Source: Eledone cirrhosa (lineage: Eukaryota). From it: a DNA stretch of 64,000 nt. The stretch spans positions 360,592,001 through 360,656,000 of the forward strand of contig OZ024742.1 in the NCBI GenBank assembly GCA_964016885.1, read 5' to 3'. The translations under genes and the position numbers were made by a program. Each line of letters starts with the position of its first letter. Position 1 is the first letter of the stretch. Of this stretch, positions 52,741-62,317 are shown in pieces. The notes beneath the pieces are model-generated. The model worked only from the letters and a program-made list of their open reading frames with translations, searched no databases and had not been told where the DNA came from.

Positions 52741-55726
52741 AGCTCTAGAGAGAGGGGGGCGGAGAAGATATAGTTCTAGAGAGAGGGGTGTAGAAGAGAC
52801 AGTTCTAGAGAGAGGAGAGAAGAAGAGATAGTTCTAGAGAGAGGGGGAAGAGATAGTTCTAGAGAGAGCGGGATAGAAGAGATAGTTCTAGAGAGAGGGG
52901 GAAGAAGAGATAGTTCTAGAGAGAGGGGGGAAGAAGAGATAGTTCTAGAGAGAGGGGGAAGAAGAGATAGTTCTAGAGAGAGGGGGAAGAAGAGATAGTT
53001 CTAGAGAGAGGGGGGAAGAAGAGATAGTTCTAGAGAGAGGGGGGAAGAAGAGATAATTATAGAGAGAGGGGAGAAGAAGAGATAGTTCTTGATGGAACGG
53101 GAAGGAGACATAGTTCTAGAGGGAGGGGGAGGGAGTAGAGATAGTTCTAGAGAGAGGAGGAACAAGAGATAGTTCTAGAGAGAAAGAGAGAAAAAGAGAT
53201 AGTTCTAGAGAGAGGGGGGATATAGTTCCAGAGAGAGAGGGTAAAAGAGATAATTCTAGAGAGAGGGGGAAGAAGAGATAGTTCTAGAGACAGGGGAAAG
53301 AAGAGATAGTTCTAGAGAGAGGGGGATAAGAGATAGTTCTAGAGAGAGGGGGAAGAAGAGATAGTTCTAGAGAGAGGGGGAAAAGAGTTAGTTCTAGAGA
53401 GGGGGATGAAGAGATAGTTCTAGAGAGAGGGGGAACAAGAGATAGTTCTAGAGAGAGGGGGAGAAGTGATAGTTCTAGAGAGAGGGGGAGAAGAACATAT
53501 AGTTCTAGAGAGGGGGGAATAAGAGATAGTTATATAGAGGGGGATAAGAAGAGATAGTTCTAGAGAGAGGGGTAAAAGAGATAGTTCTATAGAGAGGGGG
53601 GAAGTAGATATAGTTCTAGAGAGAATGGGAAGAAGGGATAATTCTAGAGAGAGGGGGAAGAAGAGATAGTTCTAGAGAGAGGGGGAAGAAGAGATAGTTC
53701 TAGAGAGAGGGGGGAAGAAGAGATAGTTCTACAGAGAAATGTAGGGAGAAGAGATAGTTATATATAGAGGGGGGAGAAGAGATAGTTCTAGAGAGAGTGG
53801 GGAAGAAGAGATAGTTGTAGAGAGAGGGGGGAAGAAGAGATAGTTCTAGAGAGAGGGGGAAGAAGAGACAGTTGTAGAGAGAGGGGGAAGAAGAGTTATT
53901 TCTAGAGACAGGGGGAAGAAGCGATATTTCTAGCGAGAGGGGGGAGAAGAGATAGTTCTATAGAGAGGGGAGTGAGAGATAATTCTAGAGAGAGGGGGAA
54001 GAACAGATAGTTCTAGAGAGAAGGGGAAGAGGAGATAGTTCTAGAGCGAGGTGGGAAGAAGAGATAGTTCTAAAGAGAGGGAGAAGAAGAGATAGTTCTA
54101 GAGAGAGGGGAAAGAAGAGATAGTTCTCTAGAGAGTGGGGAAGAAGAGATAGTTCTAGCGAGAGTGGGAAGAAGAGATAGTTCTAGAGAGAGGGGGAAGA
54201 AGAGATAGTTCTAGAGAGTGGGGGGAAGAAGAGATAGTTGTAGAGAGGGCGGGGGGGAATAAGAGATAGTTCTAGAGAGAGGGGGAAAAGAGATAGTTCT
54301 AGAGGGAGGGGTAAAAGAGATAGTTCTAGAGAGAGGGGGGAAGTAGATATAGTTCTAGAGAGAGAGGGGGAAAAGAAATAGTTCTAAAGAGAGGGGGGAA
54401 GAAGAGATAGTTGTAGAGAGAGGGGGAAGAAGAGATAGTTCTAGAGAGAGGGGTGAAGAAGAAATAGTTCTAGAGAGAGGGGGAAGAAGAGATAGTTCTA
54501 GAGAGAGGGGGGAAGAAGAGATAATTCTAGAGAGAGGGGGGAAGTAGATATAGTTCCAGATACAGAGGGGGAAAAGAAATAGTTCTAGAGAGAGGGGGGA
54601 AGAAGAGATAGTTCTAGAGAGAGGGGGAAGAAGAGATAGTTCTCTAGAGAGTGGGGAAGAAGAGATAGTTCTAGCGAGAGTGGGGAAGAAGAGATAGTTC
54701 TAGAGAGAGGAGGAAGAGATAGTTCTAGAGAGTGGGGGGAAGAAGAGATAGTTGTAGAGAGGGGGGGGGAATAAGAGATAGTTCTAGAGAGAGGGGGAAA
54801 AGAGATAGTTCTAGAGGGAGGGGTAAAAGAGATAGTTCTAGAGAGAGGGGGGAAGTAGATATAGTTCTAGAGAGAGAGGGGGAAAAGAAATAGTTCTAAA
54901 GAGAGGGGGGAAGAAGAGATAGTTGTAGAGAGAGGGGGAAGAAGAGATAGTTCTAGAGAGAGGGGTGAAGAAGAAATAGTTCTAGAGAGAGGGGGAAGAA
55001 GAGATAGTTCTAGAGAGAGGGGGGAAGAAGAGATAATTCTAGAGAGAGGGGGGAAGTAGATATAGTTCCAGATACAGAGGGGGAAAAGAAATAGTTCTAG
55101 AGAGAGGGGGGAAGAAGAGATAGTTCTAGAGAGAGGGGGAAGAAGAGATAGTTCTAGAGGGGTAAAAGAGATAGTTCTAGAGAGAGGGGGAAGAAGAGAT
55201 AGTTCTAGAGAGTGGGGGGAAGAAGAGATAATTCTAGAGAGAGGGGGGGAAAAGAGATAGTTCTATAGAGAGGGGGAAGAAGAGATAGTTCTAGAGAGAG
55301 GGGTAAAAGAGATAGTTCTAGAGAGAGGGGGGAAGTAGATATAGTTCTAGGGAGAGGGGGAAAAGAGATAGTTCTAGAGAGAGGGGGAAGAAGAGATAGT
55401 TCTAGAGAGAGGGGGAAGAAGAGATAGTTCTAGAGAGAGGGGAAGAAGAGATAGTTCTAGAGAGAGAGAGGGAAGAAGAGATAGTGCTAGAGAGAGAGGG
55501 GGAAGAAGAGATAGTTCTAGAGAGAGAGGGAAGAAGAGATAGTGCTAGAGAGAGAGGGGAAGAAGAGATAGTTCTAGAGAGAGGGGAAGAAGAGATAGTT
55601 CTAGAGAGAGGGGGAGGAAGAGATAGTTCTAGAGAGAGGGGGGAGAAGAGATAGTTCTAGAGAGAGGGGGAGAAGAAGAGATAGTTCTAGAGAGGGGGGA
55701 ATAAGAGATAGTTCTAGAGAGGGGGG

Positions 55727-55875
55727 AATAAGAGATAGTTCTAGAGAGAGAGGGAAGAAGAGATAGATCTAGAGAGGGGGGAAGAAGAGATAGTTCTAGA
55801 GAGAGAGGGAAGAAGAGATAGATCTAGAGAGGGGGGAATAAGAGATAGTTCTAGAGAGAGAGGGAAGAAGATATA
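55727..55875 (+). repeat. Internal copy of the 55-bp dimer, 2 full units plus a partial one
   Basis: Units start at 55727, 55782 and 55837; paralogous to 52538-52740. Confidence 0.85.
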
Positions 55876-57599
55876 GCTCTAGAGAGAGGGGGGGCGGAGA
55901 AGATATAGTTCTAGAGAGAGGGGTGTAGAAGAGACAGTTCTAGAGAGAGGAGAGAAGAAGAGATAGTTCTAGAGAGAGGGGGAAGAGATAGTTCTAGAGA
56001 GAGCGGGATAGAAGAGATAGTTCTAGAGAGAGGGGGAAGAAGAGATAGTTCTAGAGAGAGGGGGGAAGAAGAGATAGTTCTAGAGAGAGGGGGAAGAAGA
56101 GATAGTTCTAGAGAGAGGGGGAAGAAGAGATAGTTCTAGAGAGAGGGGGGAAGAAGAGATAGTTCTAGAGAGAGGGGGGAAGAAGAGATAGTTATAGAGA
56201 GAGGGGAGAAGAAGAGATAGTTCTTGATGGAACGGGAAGGAGACATAGTTCTAGAGGGAGGGGGAGGGAGTAGAGATAGTTCTAGAGAGAGGAGGAACAA
56301 GAGATAGTTCTAGAGAGAAAGAGAGAAAAAGAGATAGTTCTAGAGAGAGGGGGGATATAGTTCCAGAGAGAGAGGGTAAAAGAGATAATTCTAGAGAGAG
56401 GGGGAAGAAGAGATAGTTCTAGAGACAGGGGAAAGAAGAGATAGTTCTAGAAAGAGGGGGATAAGAGATAGTTCTAGAGAGAGGGGGAAGAAGAGATAGT
56501 TCTAGAGAGAGGGGGAAAAGAGTTAGTTCTAGAGAGGGGGATGAAGAGATAGTTCTAGAGAGAGGGGGAACAAGAGATAGTTCTAGAGAGAGGGGGAGAA
56601 GTGATAGTTCTAGAGAGAGGGGGAGAAGAACATATAGTTCTAGAGAGGGGGGAATAAGAGATAGTTATATAGAGGGTGGTAAGAAGAGATAGTTCTAGAG
56701 AGAGGGGTAAAAGAGATAGTTCTATAGAGAGGGGGGAAGTAGATATAGTTCTAGAGAGAATGGGAAGAAGGGATAATTCTAGAGAGAGGGGGAAGAAGAG
56801 ATAGTTCTAGAGAGAGGGGGAAGAAGAGATAGTTCTAGAGAGAGGGGGGAAGAAGAGATAGTTCTACAGAGAAATGTAGGGAGAAGAGATAGTTATATAT
56901 AGAGGGGGGAGAAGAGATAGTTCTAGAGAGAGTGGGGAAGAAGAGATAGTTGTAGAGAGAGGGGGGAAGAAGAGATAGTTCTAGAGAGAGGGGGAAGAAG
57001 AGACAGTTGTAGAGAGAGGGGGAAGAAGAGTTATTTCTAGAGACAGGGGGAAGAAGCGATATTTCTAGCGAGAGGGGGGAGAAGAGATAGTTCTATAGAG
57101 AGGGGAGTGAGAGATAATTCTAGAGAGAGGGGGAAGAACAGATAGTTCTAGAGAGAAGGGGAAGAGGAGATAGTTCTAGAGCGAGGTGGGAAGAAGAGAT
57201 AGTTCTAAAGAGAGGGAGAAGAAGAGATAGTTCTAGAGAGAGGGGAAAGAAGAGATAGTTCTCTAGAGAGTGGGGAAGAAGAGATAGTTCTAGCGAGAGT
57301 GGGAAGAAGAGATAGTTCTAGAGAGAGGGGGAAGAAGAGATAGTTCTAGAGAGTGGGGGGAAGAAGAGATAGTTGTAGAGAGGGCGGGGGGGAATAAGAG
57401 ATAGTTCTAGAGAGAGGGGGAAAAGAGATAGTTCTAGAGGGAGGGGTAAAAGAGATAGTTCTAGAGAGAGGGGGGAAGTAGATATAGTTCTAGAGAGAGA
57501 GGGGGAAAAGAAATAGTTCTAAAGAGAGGGGGGAAGAAGAGATAGTTGTAGAGAGAGGGGGAAGAAGAGATAGTTCTAGAGAGAGGGGTGAAGAAGAAA

Positions 57600-59650
57600 T
57601 AGTTCTAGAGAGAGGGGGAAGAAGAGATAGTTCTAGAGAGAGGGGGGAAGAAGAGATAATTCTAGAGAGAGGGGGGAAGTAGATATAGTTCCAGATACAG
57701 AGGGGGAAAAGAAATAGTTCTAGAGAGAGGGGGAAGAAGAGATAGTTCTAGAGAGAGGGGGGAAGAAGAGATAGTTCTAGAGAGGGGGGGGGAATAAGAG
57801 ATAGTTCTAGAGAGAGGGGGAAAAGAGATAGTTCTAGAGAGAGGGGGAACAAGAGATAGTTCTAGAGAGAGAGGGGAAGTAGATATAGGTCCAGAGAGAG
57901 AGGGGGAAAAGAAATAGTTCTAAAGAGAGGGGGGAAGAAGAGATAGTTGTAGAGAGAGGGGGAAGAAGAGATAGTTCTACAGAGAGGGGGGAAGAAGAGA
58001 TAGTTCTAGAGGGGTAAAAGAGATAGTTCTAGAGAGAGGGGGAAGAAGAGATAGTTCTAGAGAGAGTGGTGAAGAAGAGATAGTTCTAGAGAGAGGGGGA
58101 AGAAGAGATAGTTCTAGAGGGGTAAAAGAGATAGTTCTAGAGAGAGGGGGAAGAAGAGATAGTTCTAGAGAGTGGGGGGAAGAAGAGATAATTCTAGAGA
58201 GAGGGAGGGAAAAGAGATAGTTCTAGAGAGAGGGGGAAGAAGAGATAGTTCTAGAGAGAGGGGTAAAAGAGATAGTTCTAGAGAGAGGGGGGAAGTAGAT
58301 ATAGTTCTAGGGAGAGGGGGAAAAGAGATAGTTCTAGAGAGAGGGGGAAGAAGAGATAGTTCTAGAGAGAGGGGGAAGAAGAGATAGTTCTAGAGAGAGG
58401 GGGAAGAAGAGATAGTGCTAGAGAGAGAGGGGGAAGAAGAGATAGTTCTAGAGAGAGAGGGAAGAAGAGATAGTGCTAGAGAGAGAGGGGAAGAAGAGAT
58501 AGTTCTAGAGAGAGGGGAAGAAGAGATAGTTCTAGAGAGAGGGGGAGGAAGAGATAGTTCTAGAGAGAGGGGGGAGAAGAGATAGTTCTAGAGAGAGGGG
58601 GAGAAGAAGACATAGTTCTAGAGAGAGGGGGAAGAAGAGATAGTTCTAGAGAGAGGGGGGAAGAAGAGATAATTCTAGAGAGAGGGGGGAAGTAGATATA
58701 GTTCCAGATACAGAGGGGGAAAAGAAATAGTTCTAGAGAGAGGGGGGAAGAAGAGATAGTTCTAGAGAGAGGGGGAAGAAGAGATAGTTCTAGAGAGAGG
58801 GGTGAAGAAGAAATAGTTCTAGAGAGAGGGGGAAGAAGAGATAGTTCTAGAGAGAGGGGGGAAGAAGAGATAGTTCTAGAGAGGGGGGGGGGGAATAAGA
58901 GATAGTTCTAGAGAGAGGGGGAAAAGAGATAGTTCTAGAGAGAGGGGGAACAAGATATAGTTCTAGAGAGAGAGGGGAAGTAGATATAGGTCCAGAGAGA
59001 GAGGGGGAAAAGAAATAGTTCTAAAGAGAGGGGGGAAGAAGAGATAGTTGTAGAGAGAGGGGGAAGAAGAGATAGTTCTACAGAGAGGGGGGAAGAAGAG
59101 ATAGTTCTAGAGAGAGGGGGAAGAAGAGATAGTTCTAGAGAGAGTGGTGAAGAAGAGATAGTTCTAGAGAGAGGGGGAAGAAAAGATAGTTCTAGAGGGG
59201 TAAAAGAGATAGTTCTAGAGAGAGGGGGAAGAAGAGATAGTTCTAGAGAGTGGGGGGAAGAAGAGATAATTCTAGAGAGAGGGAGGGAAAAGAGATAGTT
59301 CTAGAGAGAGGGGGAAGAAGAGATAGTTCTAGAGAGAGGGGTAAAAGAGATAGTTCTAGAGAGAGGGGGGAAGTAGATATAGTTCTAGGGAGAGGGGGAA
59401 AAGAGATAGTTCTAGAGAGAGGGGGAAGAAGAGATAGTTCTAGAGAGAGGGGGAAGAAGAGATAGTTCTAGAGAGAGGGGGAAGAAGAGATAGTGCTAGA
59501 GAGAGAGGGGAAGAAGAGATAGTTCTAGAGAGAGGGGAAGAAGAGATAGTTCTAGAGAGAGGGGGAGGAAGAGATAGTTCTAGAGAGAGGGGGGAGAAGA
59601 GATAGTTCTAGAGAGAGGGGGAGAAGAAGACATAGTTCTAGAGAGGGGGG
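57600..59650 (+). repeat. Tandem higher-order duplication of about 1.08 kb; boundaries approximate
   Basis: ORF-track translations 58172..58387 and 59250..59465 are identical and 1078 apart. Both copies share the variants GAGGGAGGGAAAAG and GATAGTGCTAG. Confidence 0.82.
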
Positions 59651-60052
59651 AATAAGAGATAGTTCTAGAGAGAGAGGGAAGAAGAGATAGATCTAGAGAG
59701 GGGGGAAGAAGAGATAGTTCTAGAGAGAGAGGGAAGAAGAGATAGATCTAGAGAGGGGGGAATAAGAGATAGTTCTAGAGAGAGAGGGAAGAAGAGATAG
59801 ATCTAGAGAGGGGGGAATAAGAGATAGTTCTAGAGAGAGAGGGAAGAAGATATAGATCTAGAGAGGGGGGAAGAAGAGATAGTTCTAGAGAGAGAGGGAA
59901 GAAGAGATAGATCTAGAGAGGGGGGAATAAGAGATAGTTCTAGAGAGAGAGGGAAGAAGAGATAGATCTAGAGAGGGGGGAATAAGAGATAGTTCTAGAG
60001 AGAGAGGGAAGAAGAGATAGATCTAGAGAGGGGGGAGGAAGAGATAGTTCTA
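59651..60052 (+). repeat. Terminal 55-bp dimeric repeat (28+27 bp monomers, the second with TAGATCTAG), 7 full copies plus a partial one
   Basis: Unit AATAAGAGATAGTTCTAGAGAGAGAGGGAAGAAGAGATAGATCTAGAGAGGGGGG starts at 59651, 59706, 59761, 59816, 59871, 59926, 59981; a partial unit starts at 60036. Confidence 0.95.
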
Positions 60053-60271
60053 CGTATGGGAAAAGAGAAAAGAGCGGATGGAGAAAGTTTTAAATGGAAG
60101 GAAAATCAGTGATGTTTTGTTTTGGTTGTTTTTCTTTTTTTTTTCGATGAAGGAAGGATGAGTAAAGTTCCTCTCTTCTGCAATGTTACCACCCCGACAC
60201 CCACTGACGCGGCCACCAATACTGAACATACTAACAGCATCAGCATCACATTCATCATCAGCGGCGGCATT

Positions 60272-60319
60272 TACTACTACTACTACTACTACTATACTGT
60301 TACTACCACTGTTGTTACA

Positions 60320-60350
<31 letters not shown>

Positions 60351-61049
60351 TACTGTTACTACCACTGTTGATACAACTACTACTACTACTACCACCTCTA
60401 CAACTATTACTACTACCACCTCTACTACTACTATCACCTCTACAACTATTACTACTACCTCTACTACTACTACTACTACTACTACCACCGCCTCTACTAC
60501 TACTACTACCTCTACTACTGTTACTACCACCTCTACTACTACTACTACTACTACTATTACCACCTCCTCTACTACTACTACTGTTACTACCACCTCTACT
60601 ACTACTACTACTATTACCACCGCCTCTACTACTACTACTACCTCTACTACTGTTACTACCACCTCTACTACTACTACTACTACTACTACTATTACCACCG
60701 CCTCTACTACTACTACTACCTCTACTACTGTTACTACCACCTCTACTACAGTTACTACCTCTACTACTACTACTACTATTACCACCGCCTCTACTACTAC
60801 TATTACCTCTACTACTGTTACTACAACCTCTACTACTACTACTACTATTACCACCGCCTCTACTACTACTATTACCACCGCCTCTACTACTGTTACTACC
60901 ACCTCTACTACTACTACTACTATTACCACCGCCTCTACTACTACTACTACCTCTACTACAGTTACTACAACCTCTACTACTACTACTACTATTACCACCA
61001 CCTCTACTACTACTATTACCACCGCCTCTACTACTGTTACTACCACCTC

Positions 61050-61080
<31 letters not shown>

Positions 61081-61164
61081 GCCTCTACTACTACCTCTAC
61101 TACTGTTACTACCACCTCTACTACTACTACTACTACTATTACCACCGCCTCTACTACTACTACT
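60272..61164 (+). repeat. Compound trinucleotide repeat (ACT/TAC)n with recurring ACCACC(G)CCTCT and CTGTTACT interruptions, forming loose ~70-80 bp minisatellite units
   Basis: Read directly. It explains the poly-Leu/Pro, poly-Val and poly-Thr translations in the ORF track. Confidence 0.97.
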
Positions 61165-62317
61165 TCAAACATCACTTTCATCATCAATACAGCCGTTACA
61201 CATACTAATATTATTTATATAAAGCGCCATAACCACTACCTCCACCACCAGCTGCCAAACAATATTAGGATTAGTTAGATAGCGAGTTCTTTGTGTTTCC
61301 GTTGGCCTGCTCCATCTTGACCAGTTGATGAGAGACAACTGAGGTGAAGATGTTACGGAGTGCACGGGATGCTGGCTGACCGTGCTACATAGCGACATGG
61401 ACATATTATTGCTAGATAATATTGTTTGACAGATAAGAGATATTCACTAAAATTACTACCATTAATAATAATTACTACGGAGACAAAAACTATAAACTTC
61501 CGTAAACTCGTCGCTAAAATTTACAATGCCATCAACAACGGAGCATCTACGTGGTCGATCGACCTGCTAGAAATAGCAGCCAAATCTTTAAAAAAAAAAA
61601 GTAAAACTAGTCATGCTTTAATTGTTGGATAATGATACGGTCCTGAGTTCCCTGCAAATAGCAAAAGAAAAAAAAATATATATATACACGGGGTAGCCAC
61701 GACTGGAATGGAGTTCCTTTCATCATTATGTGTCTATTTGCTATTTGATCGGCGTGGACTTGAAGCTTAAAAGTAAAAGGCAAACATTAACAAACTTAAT
61801 TTGTGGATAAAATATTTAACAAATAGAGAGAAGAAAAGGAGTTGGAAGAAAGATTAACGAAACCAAAATAAAAAGGATTGCTTCCACTGTTGTATTAACT
61901 TTACCGTTCTCTGTCCCCTGTTTTTGTACTTTTCATCCAGGCTCTACTTAACACTATCTCTTCTCTCGAGCAGCAGAACTGTTATTTATCATCAACATTA
62001 ACAAGGATGGTGGCGGTGATGTCTTGAGGATTTCTTACGTAGAAGACAGATGAAAACTAAAGTGACTATATATAAAAAAAAAAAATCTCAAAGGATTTTT
62101 GTCTAGTGATTCTATCATTCACTGCCTTAACAACACAATTCTTTGCCATCTTCATCATCACTAACAGCATCAAACATCGTTGACATTAAACCTTAATAGA
62201 ACACCAATAAAATATAGGAATTACAAATAAGTATTGAAGTTTGCTTTAGTATTTCATAATATTCCACGCACCAGTTACATTAACCAAATTACGATTACCA
62301 ATGTGTGAAATACGTAT

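Larger units (their letters stand above)
51960..57720 (+). repeat. Tandem higher-order duplication of about 3.1-3.2 kb near the array end; boundaries approximate
   Basis: Private TTCTTGATGGAACGGG at 53086 and 56221 (offset 3135). The private GAGAAATGTAGGG at ~53734 and ~56869 has the same offset. Confidence 0.85.
1..60052 (+). repeat. Satellite DNA array, 28-bp monomer AAGAAGAGATAGTTCTAGAGAGAGGGGG, about 2,100 head-to-tail copies, truncated by the left window edge
   Basis: GATAGTTCTAGAGAGAG recurs every 27-30 bp throughout (e.g. TTCTAG ends at 5410, 5438, 5466). All copies seen are in the same orientation. The last monomer ends ...GAGATAGTTCTA at 60052. Confidence 0.99.

Noticed and set aside
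402-59465. All ORF-track entries inside the satellite (LSLELSLLPP... on minus, RRDSSRERG... on plus)
   Set aside because: These are translations of the 28-bp monomer. The two TAGs on + share a frame and 28 is not a multiple of 3, so ORFs appear only where 27/29-bp variants happen to dodge stops. Starts are mostly GTG/TTG, and the RS-protein-like look is compositional.
1-60052. CRISPR-like appearance (conserved palindromic core with variable intervening sequence)
   Set aside because: The intervening sequences are near-identical ~15-20 nt purine tracts, not unique spacers. There are no cas genes or leader, and the context looks eukaryotic.
1-60052. Telomeric repeat (G-rich strand)
   Set aside because: There is no TTAGG/TTAGGG-type unit. 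The heterogeneous monomers and kb-scale duplications indicate recombination-based rather than telomerase-templated synthesis.
60122-61222. 366-aa Leu/Pro ORF, antisense 279-aa Val/Glu ORF and 62-aa ORF at 60183
   Set aside because: They are by-products of a stop-free (CTA/GTA)n repeat, with homopolymeric products and no domain.
61953-61965. 13-bp inverted match to the satellite (ACTATCTCTTCTC), plus shorter matches at ~63444 and 63491
   Set aside because: Too short and low in complexity to distinguish from chance, given the many monomer variants.
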